The notes: generated from the letters alone by a model not told the origin. Shown: positions 37,812 through 51,873, counted from the stretch's first letter. The stretch is 64,000 nt of DNA from Planktothrix sp. GU0601_MAG3 (GCA_035193785.1 CP136572.1:4788578-4852577); one strand, 5' to 3'. Program-made: numbers and translations.

Positions 37812-37920
37812 CCTACTATTGCCTATTGCCTGTTCCCTGTTCTCGTTCGACCGTTCGACAGGCTCACGGCTCACGACGCAGCCTGTTCCCTGTTCCCTGT
37901 TCCCTGTTCCCTGTTCCCTA
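37812..37920. repeat. Heptamer STRR array interrupted by a small self-nested dispersed repeat
   Basis: CCTATTG/CCTGTTC units flank CGTTCGAC[CGTTCGACAGGCTCACG]GCTCACG at 37844-37875. Confidence 0.8.
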
Positions 37921-37934
37921 GCTCTATAACCGAT

Positions 37935-38627
37935 ATGATTCTGCAACAAAAACAGTCTAAAATTATCATTGTCATCTTAATGATGGTATTATTAATAGGT
38001 GCAGGACTGCCGGGCTATATTAATAAAAAGTGGTCATGGATGGATATGCCCCAACTCAAAACCTTGCCCCAACTTCAAACCATTAGAAAAGAAGGTTTGA
38101 CGATTCCAGGCTGGCAAACAGTTAAAATTGAACCATTGAACACGGGCAGTAAACAGTGGTTAAAACAAGAAATAAAACAGAATAATCAGACAGCAACGGT
38201 GCTATTATTTCCTCAAAATTACTATAAAGATCAGCCCCAACTGGAATGGATGGATCTGAATGGGTTATTTGGGTGGAAAACCGATGATTTCAGTTATGAT
38301 AGCTTTTTCATAAAACCCACCGCCCAGAAATCCGACCCGGTTGAAATTGAAGTTCAATTTTTTAGGGCCTGGACTGCAACTCAGAACTGGGCCGTGACTC
38401 AGTGGTACGCTTGGCCCCAGGGTGGCAATCCCGCCCCGAGTCGTTGGTTTTGGATTGATCGTTGGGCCCAACTCCATCGGCATCGCGCCCCCTGGGTGGG
38501 TGTTAGTCTTTTGATTCCGATTAAACCCTTAGATAATATTCAGGATGTCTGGCCCGTGGCCGTTTCCCTGGGTGAAAGTGTACAAGCATCCTTAATGGCT
38601 GAAGCCTTAGCTACCACAACTCCTTAA
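37935..38627 (+). CDS. Cyanoexosortase B-associated protein
   Basis: N-terminal TM; PQNYYKDQPQLEWMDL and QWYAWPQGG...WFWIDRWAQ; position right after crtB. Confidence 0.85.
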   Translation: MILQQKQSKIIIVILMMVLLIGAGLPGYINKKWSWMDMPQLKTLPQLQTIRKEGLTIPGWQTVKIEPLNTGSKQWLKQEIKQNNQTATVLLFPQNYYKDQPQLEWMDLNGLFGWKTDDFSYDSFFIKPTAQKSDPVEIEVQFFRAWTATQNWAVTQWYAWPQGGNPAPSRWFWIDRWAQLHRHRAPWVGVSLLIPIKPLDNIQDVWPVAVSLGESVQASLMAEALATTTP

Positions 38628-38630
38628 TGG

Positions 38631-40305
38631 ATGTTGCTTGATTATTTAACTATGAATCAACGTTGTCGCCAGACCTTTGTATCCCTATTTCTCAGCAGTC
38701 TCTATTCCACCAGTTGGATAGTCTGTTTCGTCGCCTTGCTTTGGGGATTTTCTAACCGACAACGGGCTGTAGCCCAAACCGTCAATCTTCCAGAAAAATG
38801 TGTGATTCCCCAAGGAGTGGTCACCCAACCCTATCCGGGGGCAAAATTACGACCCCCGAGCTTTCCCCAACCCACCTGGCCCCAAATAATCCAACTATTT
38901 GAACGGGCGGGGAGTCCCGTTTTAGACCGTTCTGGACAGCTTCCTCCCCCGATTGATAATATTTATTTCCGGCGTTTAAGTGAAAATCGCGGGGAGAATT
39001 ATCGTCTTGGCCCGGGGGATCAACTCTATATTGATGTGTTTATTAATGGCCAACGTTCTAATGATCTGAGTGTTCCGACTACGGCCGTCACCCCCGACGG
39101 TGCGATTCTATTACCTTTAGTGGGAGCCCTCCGGGTTCAAGATTTAACCTTGGAAACAGGTACAAGCCATTATTAATAGCCGTTTAAATCCTTTTGTCCA
39201 AAATCCCAAAACCAATCTGGCCTTATTAACCCAGCGTCCCGTGCGGGTGACGGTGACGGGGGAAGTGGCCAGACCAGGATTTTATCCCCTGGCTAGTCCA
39301 GAACTCCCAATTGCTTTGACAACGGCCCAGGGAACCACAACGGCGGCGGATTTAAGAATGGTTAAAATTCGGCGCACCTTAGCTAATGGTCAAGTGGTGG
39401 AAACGGATGTGGATTTGCTCACGCCCCTATTATTAGGGGCTAGACCCGTGGATTTGTTACTCGAAGATGGGGATGTCATTGTGGTTCCCTCCCAGGAGGT
39501 GCGGGCCTATCAGGGGCCAACTCGGAATATTTTAGAAACCTATAGTTTGGCCGCCGCCCCCACGGCCGTCGGGATCACCATTGTCGGAGATGTCACCCGA
39601 CCGGGATTTTATCAACTTCCCCCGGGTAGTGGACAGGTAACAATGGCTATTCAAGCGGCTGGTGGGGCAAGAATCACCTCGGATTTACGGTCGGTTTTGA
39701 TTTGTCGGATTACCACTGATGGTCGCTTAATCGAGGATATTATCGATTTGTATACTCCTATTCAAGAAGCTACGGCTTTACCAAATGTTTCGTTACAGAA
39801 TGGCGACGCTATTATTATCCCGAAACTACAACCGGATGAAGGGTCAGGTTATGATCAAAGGTTGGTAGCTAAATCAACCTTAGCCAGTCCTCAAATTACG
39901 GTGAGAATTTTGAGTTATCCTGTGAATACGGTGGGAACGGTAGCATTACAAAATGGCAGTAGTTTTATTGATGTATTAAATTCCGTTCCTTTGAATTTAG
40001 CGGATTTGCAGGAAATTGCTTTAATTCGTTATGATCCAGAAACGGGAAAACCCACAAAACAACTTTTAAATGGTACAAATGTATTAGCGGGGGATGCCAC
40101 GGATAATGTTTTATTACAAGATAATGATGTGATTGTTGTTAACCGCAATTTAATTACTCGGGTGAGTTTTGCTTTAAATACTTTTACTCAACCTTTTCGC
40201 GATATTCTCGGATTTCTACTATTTTTCCAACAGTTACAAAACGGGGTGGAAAATTTATTTAGTCCTGGTGGTAGTAGTAGTGGTAGTAGTAACAAGAAAA
40301 AATAG
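38631..40305 (+). CDS. wza: Polysaccharide export protein (Wza/OPX, SLBB domains)
   Basis: YRLGPGD, DGAILLPLVG, repeated GEVARPG/GDVTRPG SLBB units. Apparent +1 at 39153. Confidence 0.9.
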
Positions 40306-40341
40306 GTTGTTACCCATTCATAATTCGTAATTCATAATTCC

Positions 40342-42948
<2,607 letters not shown>

Positions 42949-42999
42949 TGATTTAAAGTTTTGGGTTGCAAAATCAAAAATTGTGTTATAGTAGTAAAT

Positions 43000-43093
43000 G
43001 ACCTGGACTTATGCGATTGGAACGCCCAAATCTTGTCAGAACCGGAAGGTGGCAGCAATACGGGATGCTTCTAATAGGCGTAAACTCCGGGTC
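43000..43093 (+). ncRNA. ffs: Signal recognition particle RNA (4.5S)
   Basis: Conserved domain IV TCAGAACCGGAAGGTGGCAGCA; terminal pairing GACCTGGA/TCCGGGTC; T tract after; extended -10 TGnTATAGT at 42984-42992. Confidence 0.92.
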
Positions 43094-43199
43094 ACTTTTT
43101 TGAGACGATATCGGGATTGAAAACGGATTATAGACCAAGTTGATTAACCGTTAGCCAGCAAGTGTCTAATTAATAATATTTTAAGAAACTGGAGTCGTT

Positions 43200-43557
43200 A
43201 TGGCGGGTTTCGGAGATCTTGTCCAAAAAGCGGTTTATTTAGGGGTAGGTTTAGCCTCCTATGCGGGCGAAAAAGCCAGTAAAACCCTAGCAGAATTACG
43301 CACAGATGCCCAAAAACTAGCCGATGAGCTAGTCAAACGGGGGGAAATGACCACAGAAGAAGCACGTCGTTTTGTGGAAGATACGATTCAGCAAGTGCAA
43401 CAACCGGGGAAGGAACCCACATCCCCACCCAAAAAACCAGAAACCTCGTCGGATTGAGATTTCGGATGATGATGATTCTGGGGATAATGGAGTTGATCAG
43501 TTAAAAGATAAGGTGCGGGATTTACAGGAGGAGTTGCGGCGTCTCCAGAAAGATTAG
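43200..43557 (+). CDS. Phasin-family coiled-coil protein
   Basis: LVQKAVYLGVGLA...ELVKRGEMTTEEAR; repair at 43440 gives EPRRIEI...LQEELRRL. Confidence 0.8.
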
Positions 43558-43682
43558 GAGGTTAACCCGACAAAAAAAATTCAAGGTGAAGGGTTAAATA
43601 AATCGCGCTATACTGGAATTCTGGTATAGCTGTTTTTTGCTATATTTTATATAAATTATTTAGAAAACTGGTTATCAGTGTC

Positions 43683-44093
43683 ATGGAAGATTGGTCAAAA
43701 AGTATTGTAGAAGCGATAGAAACAACCGTTTCTGACATGGAGAAGTTTTTTACAGACGTGACTGAAGAATTGAACGAAATACTAAACGAACTCACCAAGA
43801 TCTCGGAAGAAATTACCGATGAGGTACAAAATAAAATTCTTCCCGAACTGGATGAATATATCAATGATATCTTTGAACCGATTATTGATATTTATTTGGA
43901 TTTGGATTTAGAGGACGAGAATGAACATTTTGATCCCTTTGTCACATACGTTCAACCCACGGAAACCGAACACCCCGCTTGTCGAGGATGTCAACATTAT
44001 CACGGACAAGTTTATGGGGGAAATTTATTAGTTTGTGGAATGCACCCGATGGGCGCTGAAGCAGAAACCTGTCCAGACTGGGAAGGGGAATAG
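43683..44093 (+). CDS. Conserved hypothetical acidic protein with C-terminal Cys/His motif
   Basis: CRGCQHYHG...LVCGMHPMG...CPDW. Confidence 0.8.
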   Translation: MEDWSKSIVEAIETTVSDMEKFFTDVTEELNEILNELTKISEEITDEVQNKILPELDEYINDIFEPIIDIYLDLDLEDENEHFDPFVTYVQPTETEHPACRGCQHYHGQVYGGNLLVCGMHPMGAEAETCPDWEGE

Positions 44094-44095
44094 GG

Positions 44096-44174
44096 ATCAC
44101 GGATTTAAGAGGATTTCACGGATTTCACAGATTAAAATCTGTGTTAATCTGCGTAATCCTCTTAAATCCGTGAT
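44096..44174. repeat. Long palindrome built of CACGGATTT-like units
   Basis: 20-bp perfect arms ATCACGGATTTAAGAGGATT / AATCCTCTTAAATCCGTGAT. Confidence 0.8.
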
Positions 44175-44294
44175 AGGTAATGGGGATTGATTTTTTTTGT
44201 GTTCTAATAATTTAGTTTCTGACTTGGGATCATGAGTTAATAAATTCACTATTAACTGATAAATCTTACACTGATAACTGTTAACTGATGACTG

Positions 44295-45662
44295 ATGACT
44301 GATAATTGTATTCCTCAAATTCCCTTATCTTTGCATCTACGAGAGTATCAACAGCAAGCGGTGAATAACTGGTTTGCCAATCGAGGGCGGGGAACGTTAA
44401 AAATGGCAACGGGAAGCGGTAAAACTATTACTGCTTTAGCGATCGCTACTCAGTTATATGGTCAAATTGGATTACAGGCAATTATCATTATTTGCCCCTA
44501 TTGCCATTTAGTAATTCAATGGGAAAAGGAGGCTAAAAAATTTGGATTACAACCGATTTTAGCTTTTGAAAGTGTCCGCCATTGGCAAAAACAATTATCG
44601 GCGGAACTCTATCAATTGAGGTCTGGAACTCAGTCTTTTTTAACGGTTATTACTACTAATTCTACCTTAATTTCTGAGGGTTTGCAATCTCAAATCCGTT
44701 ATTTTCCAGAAAAAACTTTAATTATTGGGGATGAAGCCCATAATTTAGGAAGTCCCAAATTAGAAGAAAGTTTACCCCGAAATATTGGCTTGAGATTAGC
44801 CCTTTCTGCGACTCCTGAACGACATTTTGATCAAAGTGGTAGCGATGCTATTTTAGATTATTTTGGGCCAGTCTTACAACCGGAATTAACTCTAGCTGAA
44901 GCCATTCGTCAAGGGGCGTTAGTACAGTATTTATATTATCCGATTTTAGTAGAATTAACTGAAGCTGAAAGTCGAGCTTATCATCGATTAACCACTCGTA
45001 TCGGTTGGGCATTAATCAAGGATAAAGACTGGGAACAGAACGAAACTATCACCGCTTTATTAATTCAAAGATCTCGATTAATTGCCTCCGCCAGTAATAA
45101 GTTAGATGCCCTACGCCAGTTAATGAAAACTCGGTTAGATACAACCCATACTTTATTTTATTGTGGGGATGGAAGTGTAGAAACCTTAGAGGATTATTCC
45201 CCCCGACAATTGGAAGCAACGGTTGAATTATTGGGGTCTGAATTGGGTTATCGGGTGAATACTTACACCGCCGAAACTCCTTTAATAGAACGGGAAAAAT
45301 TACGCCAACAATTTGAACAGGGAGAATTACAAGGGTTAGTTGCTATTCGTTGTTTAGATGAAGGAGTTGATATTCCGGCGATTAAAAATGCGGTAATATT
45401 AGCCAGTAGTTGTAATCCTCGGCAATTTATTCAGCGACGGGGAAGAATATTAAGACCCCATCCAGGGAAAGAAAGGGCAACGTTATTTGATATGATTGTA
45501 TTGCCACCGGATTTAGATAGAAATACCTTAGAAGTTGAACGGAATTTGTTAAGAAAAGAGTTAAAACGGTTTTTAGAATTTGCCAATTTAGCTGATAATG
45601 CTGGGGAAGCCAGATTAAAATTACTTCAGTTACAAAAACGATATGGCTTATTAGATTTATAA
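44295..45662 (+). CDS. SF2 DEAH helicase, DNA phosphorothioation-associated restriction type (PbeA-like, no N-terminal PLD domain)
   Basis: LREYQ Q-motif, MATGSGKT, GDEAH, LSATP, LDEGVDIP, QRRGRILR, C-terminal ELKRFLEFANLADN; upstream of a CxC ATPase. Confidence 0.85.
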   Translation: MTDNCIPQIPLSLHLREYQQQAVNNWFANRGRGTLKMATGSGKTITALAIATQLYGQIGLQAIIIICPYCHLVIQWEKEAKKFGLQPILAFESVRHWQKQLSAELYQLRSGTQSFLTVITTNSTLISEGLQSQIRYFPEKTLIIGDEAHNLGSPKLEESLPRNIGLRLALSATPERHFDQSGSDAILDYFGPVLQPELTLAEAIRQGALVQYLYYPILVELTEAESRAYHRLTTRIGWALIKDKDWEQNETITALLIQRSRLIASASNKLDALRQLMKTRLDTTHTLFYCGDGSVETLEDYSPRQLEATVELLGSELGYRVNTYTAETPLIEREKLRQQFEQGELQGLVAIRCLDEGVDIPAIKNAVILASSCNPRQFIQRRGRILRPHPGKERATLFDMIVLPPDLDRNTLEVERNLLRKELKRFLEFANLADNAGEARLKLLQLQKRYGLLDL

Positions 45663-45678
45663 TCCTATTTACAATTAT

Positions 45679-45728
45679 TTCGTTGTTGGGCTTTAGCCCC
45701 TCCCCGGAGCGCTGAAGCGCAACAACGG
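45679..45728. repeat. Small dispersed double-hairpin repeat
   Basis: CGTTGTT-GGGCTTTAGCCC...GCGCTGAAGCGC-AACAACG; a related AGCCCTGAAGGGCTTACTACG lies at ~28265. Confidence 0.6.
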
Positions 45729-45805
45729 GCAACAATAGCAAGAAGTTGACAAAATATTGTAATATTGAGGGTAGTGGCGACTGCCATAATAAGGGGATAA
45801 TTAAA

Positions 45806-46046
45806 ATGTTTAAATATTCTGAAAGTATTATTACCACCATTGCTAATGTTTTTTCTGAGAAAAAATCTAGTTATGGGGATAATATTAATCCTAAAGATGC
45901 CCAAGACCCGATTATCAATGCTTCCCCGGAGGTGCGAGAAATTATTGAACGGGTATTACAGGCGGAAACGCGATAAATTGTATATGAAAAATCCCCGCAA
46001 TATTAATGATGATATTCTCAAAATTATTAAGGATGTAGTGAAATGA
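45806..46046 (+). CDS. Small protein (79 aa) associated with the CxC ATPase (PbeB-like position)
   Basis: Repair at 45965 joins MFKYSE...IERVLQAE to RDKLYMKNPRNINDDILKIIKDVVK. Stop overlaps the next ATG (ATGA); AAGGGG RBS upstream. Confidence 0.75.
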
Positions 46047-48109
46047 AATTAATTTCAATTCAACTCTGCAACTTTCGACAATTTTATGGGAAAACTCCAG
46101 AAATTCATTTAGCATCTGGAGAACGGAATACAACGGTTATTCATGGTAATAATGGAGCCGGAAAAACCACTTTAATGAATGCTTTTACTTGGGTTTTATA
46201 TGAAAAGTTTAGTGCGGCATTTTCTATTTCTGAACATTTAGTTAATAAACGTGCCTTAAATGAAACTGAGCCCGGACAAGCGGTAGGATGTTGGATAGAA
46301 TTAATCTTTGAACATGATCATAAACGATATTTAGTTAAACGAATTTGTCGAGCATATAAAAATGGGAATGATATCGAACAAACCCCCAGTCAATTATATA
46401 TGCAAGTAGCTGGAGATGACGGACGCTGGGGAATGCCACCTCATCCACCGGAGGAAATTATTAATCGAATTTTACCCTTAAGTTTACATCAATATTTCTT
46501 TTTTGATGGAGAAAGAATTGAGCAAATTGTTAGGGATGAACGCAAAATAGAAATTTCTGATGCGACTAAAGAATTATTGGGGATAGAAGTTTTAAATCGA
46601 GCTATTAAACATTTAGGAGAGGCTAAAAAATCCCTAGAAACGGATTTAGCAGTGATCGGAAATCCCGAAACTAAAAAATATTTACAAGACAAGAAAAAAG
46701 CCGAACAGGAAATTGATAAATTAGCCCAAAGACAGACGGAAATTAATCAAGAATTAGAGAATCTAAAACAGATAAAATGCACTTTAAGTGAGCGATTATT
46801 GGAGTTGGGAGGCGCGGCGGAATTACAAAGATTGCGAGATGAATTAGAACGGAAAAAAAAATCATTACGAGAACAACTACATCAAGCCCATGTTGCAATT
46901 AATCGGGTGATTTCTACAAAAGCCTATACGGTTTTAATCCCAGAATTAACGGCGGAATTTAGAAGTTTATTTTCAGGTATGCGAGAACGGGGAGAGTTAA
47001 ATACTGGAATTACAAAACAGTTTGTGCAAAATTTATTAGAGCAAAAACAATGTATTTGTGGGGCAGAATTAATTCCGGGAAAAACTGAATGTGAACAGGT
47101 TCAACACCTATTAAATCGGGCTGGGACTGCTGATATTGATGAAACGGCGATTCGTTTGAGTACCCAAGTTGATGAATTAGATAAACAGGGGGTGGAATTT
47201 TGGGAAGAAGTGAATCGTCAACAACGAAATATTCAAACGAATAGAGAAGAATTACAACGAATTGAAAATGAACTTGATAGCATTACCAATAAACTCAGAA
47301 AATTTCCTAATGAGGATATTCAAGAATTGCAAAAACGTTTAGATGAAATTGAACTTAAAATCAGTGAAATGAACCGAGAAACTGGTTCAAATCAACAGCA
47401 AATTCAAAGTTTTAAACAGACTGTTGATAGTTTATCTCGACAAATTGATAAGCAGCAAATGAATGAAATGAAACAACTCTTAGTTCAAAGAAGAATTGCA
47501 GTTACTCAGGATACAATTCTGCGTTTAAATGAGGTCAAAGACCGTTTAGACCAACAATTTCGCTGTCAGTTAGAAAAGCGGGTTCAAAAGCTATTTAGCC
47601 AAATTTCCTTTACCCCATATTTACCTAAATTAACCGAAAAATATGAATTAAAATTAGTAGAAACTACCGCCGGAGAGGAGGCTGAAGTCGCCGCTTCCAC
47701 GGGGGAAAATCAGATTTTAAGTTTATCTTTTATTGGGGGAATTATTGATGGGGTGAGGGAATGGAGTCAAAAAAACACCTTAATGGGGCCAGATAGTAGT
47801 ACCTTTCCGATTGTTATGGACTCTCCTTTTGGGAGTTTAGATGAAATTTATCGCCGACAAATTGCCAATATTATTCCTCAATTAGCGAATCAATTAATTG
47901 TTTTAGTTACGAAGACTCAATGGCGGGGAGAAGTGGCGCGAGAGATGGAAAAACGCATCGGACGGGAATATATTTTATCCTACAATTCTCCTAAAACCGA
48001 TTGTGAGGAAGACTGGATAGAATTAGCCGGAAATCGTTATCCCTTAGTCCATCAAAGTCCCAATGAATTTGAATATACGGAAATTTTAGAAGTAGAATAT
48101 GATTTTTGA
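46043..48109 (+). CDS. SMC/Rad50-like coiled-coil ABC ATPase with CxC hook (DndD/PbeC-like)
   Basis: NFRQF, GNNGAGKT, FFFDGE, CICG, STGE, VMDSPFGSLD. Confidence 0.9.
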   Translation: MKLISIQLCNFRQFYGKTPEIHLASGERNTTVIHGNNGAGKTTLMNAFTWVLYEKFSAAFSISEHLVNKRALNETEPGQAVGCWIELIFEHDHKRYLVKRICRAYKNGNDIEQTPSQLYMQVAGDDGRWGMPPHPPEEIINRILPLSLHQYFFFDGERIEQIVRDERKIEISDATKELLGIEVLNRAIKHLGEAKKSLETDLAVIGNPETKKYLQDKKKAEQEIDKLAQRQTEINQELENLKQIKCTLSERLLELGGAAELQRLRDELERKKKSLREQLHQAHVAINRVISTKAYTVLIPELTAEFRSLFSGMRERGELNTGITKQFVQNLLEQKQCICGAELIPGKTECEQVQHLLNRAGTADIDETAIRLSTQVDELDKQGVEFWEEVNRQQRNIQTNREELQRIENELDSITNKLRKFPNEDIQELQKRLDEIELKISEMNRETGSNQQQIQSFKQTVDSLSRQIDKQQMNEMKQLLVQRRIAVTQDTILRLNEVKDRLDQQFRCQLEKRVQKLFSQISFTPYLPKLTEKYELKLVETTAGEEAEVAASTGENQILSLSFIGGIIDGVREWSQKNTLMGPDSSTFPIVMDSPFGSLDEIYRRQIANIIPQLANQLIVLVTKTQWRGEVAREMEKRIGREYILSYNSPKTDCEEDWIELAGNRYPLVHQSPNEFEYTEILEVEYDF

Positions 48110-48311
48110 AAGCATAAAAAATACTAAAATTGAATAATAGGCGATCAGATATATTCTGATAAATATAACACCTTAGCTTGTTTTTGTCTAGGGTAAATTG
48201 TGCTGATTTTTTACGAGATATTTCCTTGACGTCAAAACGTTTACAAAATTTTATACTTATGCTTTCATCCTAGGGTTACGCTTAAAAATCCACAGTTGAA
48301 ACGGGAGAGAA

Positions 48312-51300
48312 ATGGACTATTTAACAGAATGGACAGAAAGTGGCGTAGATGAAGAACTCACCCAACTGAATGTGATTCCTTTAGAGGGGTATCGTCCGTT
48401 GGATTATCTCCTCTATTCCGATACCCTGCCGCGATTAAATACGGGTCGGATATCTCAGCCTATTCTTAACCGTTATCAGCATCTTTATGAAGGCGGTTGG
48501 TGGTGTTCTGGGATTGATATTTTGACGGGAAATCCTGATTTGTGGGGCTGTTTTAAGCCGATTAAACCCCGTTCGACTTCAGACGAGTGTAAATTAATTA
48601 AATATGAACATCCTCCTAACGCACCGATGGGAATTTTTGCACTAAGAATTTCTCGAACAATTTGGGAAAAAATTGCTCAAAAATATGGGGTTAAAATTAA
48701 TCCTTCTGACCTACAACTCCATCAACCGGACTTGGGATTTTGGCGCTGGGTGATTGCTAATCCCGAACTACCTTTATGTATTACGGAAGGAGCAAAAAAA
48801 GCGGGGGCATTACTCACAGCCGGATATATTGCGATCGCACTTCCCGGGATTCATAGCGGGTATCGAGTTCCCCGAGATCAATATGGAAATAGAATTGCCA
48901 AACCTGCTTTGATTCAGCAGTTACAGCAATTTGTTCATCCTAATCGTAAAATTTATATGGTATTTGATCAAGATACCAAACCTAGAACTATTAAAGCCGT
49001 TAATTCAGCTATTCAGCAAACGGGATATTTATTTACAAAAGCAGAATGTTCTGTGTATATAGTCACCTGGAATCCCAAGTTAGGTAAGGGAGTTGATGAT
49101 TTAATTACAGAACAAAGTAAAACTATATTTGATCAGGCTTATCAAACTGCAAAACCCTTAGAAACTTGGAAGGCTTTTTCCTTTAATCGGTTAACTTATC
49201 CAGCAAATATTGATCTAAATAGTCGCTATTTATCTCCAATAACAATACCTGAATCCGCTAAATTAATCGCGATTAAATCCCCGAAGGGAACCGGAAAGAC
49301 TAAAATCTTAGAAAACATAGTTCAAGAAGCAATTAAAAACGGTAAGTGGGTCTTAGTCATTGGTCATCGAGTTCGACTGATTGAAGCCCTCTGTCAACGG
49401 TTTGGATTACAATACATGAAATCCCCTGTTGATACCCATGATTCGGCTTTAGGATATGGGTTATGTATTGATTCTCTGCATCCTAATTCTGGGGTAAAAT
49501 TTCAAGCTAAGGACTGGTCAAATGGATTAGTTATTTTAGATGAAGTAGAACAAGTATTATGGCATGGATTAAACTCAGAAACCTGTCAAAACCATCGAGT
49601 TTCTATCCTGAAATCCTTTAAAACCCTGATGCAAAATATTTTAGGGGGAAAGGGTCAAGTGGTAATTTCCGATGCCGATTTAAGTGATATTTCCATTGAT
49701 TATTTAACTAGCCTATCGGGGATACATCTGCAACCTTTTATTATTCAAAATGAATGGCAACCCTCAAAAAATGAAGCCTGGAAAATTCATAATTATTTAG
49801 GAAATACCCCCGACCAACTGGTGAAAGACCTGGAACAACATATTGCCGAAGGTGGGAAACCTTTTGTGTGTTTGTCAGCCCAAAAATTAGCCAGTCAATG
49901 GGGAAACTCGCACCCTAGAAACCTATTTACAAACCCAATTTCCCGATCGCTCTATTTTAAGAATAGATTCCGAATCCTTAGCCGATCCCAGCCATCGGGC
50001 TTATGGCGCAATTTCTAACTTGAATAATCTGCTAAAACAGTATGATATTGTATTAGCGTCGCCCTCAATTGAAACGGGAGTTAGTATTGATATTAATAAC
50101 CATTTTACCTCGGTTTGGGGAATATTTCAAGGGATTCAAGCGGAAAATTCTGTGCGTCAAGCCTTGGGACGAATTCGAGAGAATATTCCGCGATTTATTT
50201 GGATGGCAAACCGAGGATTTAATCAAGTAGGAAATGGGGCAACCTCCATGGGTTCTTTACTCAGTAGTGGACAAAAATTAACCCGCCTAAATATTCGTTT
50301 ATTACAACAATCTGATTTTGAAGAATTAGATGATTTAGAAATAGGATTTCAAGCGGAATCCTTAATGGGTTGGGCAAAAATGGCAGTCCGATTTAATGCA
50401 GGAATGACCCGTTATCGAGAGACAATTTTAACCGCGTTAATGGCAGAGGGTCATCAAATTATTGAGGTGCCACAGGCTAAAAAAATACCCAAAAATTCGA
50501 TTAAATCTACTCAAAAATTTAAACCAGAATGTTCAGAACGTCCTAGTCTTAACGAACTAATTCTAGCAGTTAAAGATCAGAATTATCAAGCGGAATCCGT
50601 GGCGGTAATTAACGCTCCAGATCTAAGCGATAGTCAATATTACTACCTCCAACAACAATTAGTTAAAACCCCTGAAGAACGTCGGGCTATCCGTAAACAT
50701 GAGTTGAAATTACGCTATGGTATTGCTGTTAGTTCAGATGTGATTAATAAAGATGATCAAGGATGGTATGAACAACTCAGAATCCATTATTTCTTAACCG
50801 TTGGTCGTCCCTATTTAATCGGTCGAGATGCCCTGGTTGCTAGACGGTTAATGGAACAGGGACAGGGAAATATTTTTGCTCCTGATTTTAACCGTTCTCA
50901 GTTAGGAGCTATTATTGGGATTATGGAATTATTAGGGATTCCTGCCTTACTCAAAAATCCAAAACGAGATTTAAAAAATACCGATGCTGACCTACAAACC
51001 ATTGCCGAAATAGCTTTAAAAGATCGCAATGCCATCAAGACTATTATTGGTATTGGACTGGCTAAAAATTCCAGTCCGATTACTATTTTACGGCGGTTTT
51101 TAGATAAAATTGGTTATCGTTTAACCTGTGTGCGCTCCCAAAGTGAAGGTAAAAAACGAGTCCGAGTTTATCACCTGGTTGACCCCCAAGATAACCGAGA
51201 AGAAATCCTGCAACATTGGTTAAAATTAGAGGGTCAATATCCGGGTCAATTAGACAGGATTTTATCTAAAAACACGCCTGCTCCTGACCCTTTCCGATTC

Positions 51301-51348
51301 ACTCCTGACTATATCCAACTTTCTTTATTTATGCCAAGTAATAGTTAA
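48312..51348 (+). CDS. CyRepA1-family replication protein (TOPRIM/DUF3854 primase-helicase), ~1,010 aa
   Basis: KYEHPP, ITEGAKKAG, VFDQD, KGVDD, SPKGTGKT, LDEVEQ, ASPSIETGVSI, QALGRIR. Apparent +1 at 49903. Confidence 0.88.
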
Positions 51349-51415
51349 CAACGGAGGAAAAGACTTCCCCGCCAGCAATTTGCTGCATCAGTAGTCTTTT
51401 CCCATCCTCTTTTTG

Positions 51416-51811
51416 TTAATTCTGTTTTAAATTGCCACAATGTTGTTTTAAACAGGTTTCTAACAATTTAGCATCAAAAATAATCGGCAAAAAGTGAATG
51501 CTTTTGACCTCCCTAAAATAGAATAAAATGGGTACGGGAGTCCAAAAAATTTCCCAGTTTATCCAGTCTTGGTAGGGAAATCGACGCAGTAGTTTACCTG
51601 ACCGATAAACGTCTAAATCCGTGGGGGTGAATTGCAGACGAATCAGGGCGGTTTGCACTAACAAAAATAGGGCGAAAATAGCAATCCCTAAACTTACCCA
51701 TCTTTGAATTAAAAACAGGGGAAAAGCACTAATCAGCAGCACCATCGGAATTATATAATTAGGAGGTAACTCAACGATATTAGAAGTTTGGGTTGTGGGT
51801 GTTGTGGTCAT
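51416..51811 (-). CDS. DUF3119-family membrane protein
   Basis: Two TMs followed by FPYQDWINWEIFW...LFYFREVKSIHFLPIIFD. Confidence 0.85.
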   Translation of the reverse strand: MTTTPTTQTSNIVELPPNYIIPMVLLISAFPLFLIQRWVSLGIAIFALFLLVQTALIRLQFTPTDLDVYRSGKLLRRFPYQDWINWEIFWTPVPILFYFREVKSIHFLPIIFDAKLLETCLKQHCGNLKQN

Positions 51812-51873
51812 TTGTTTTTTTTGAGTCAAAAGCAGTTCAATAAATTCTACCAAAGTTATTATCATTTTGGTAG

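Noticed and set aside
46043..48109. Calling the ATPase dndD or sbcC
   Set aside because: No dndC/dndE or sbcD neighbours; the CxC hook and helicase partner fit a PbeC-like protein better, so no symbol was assigned.
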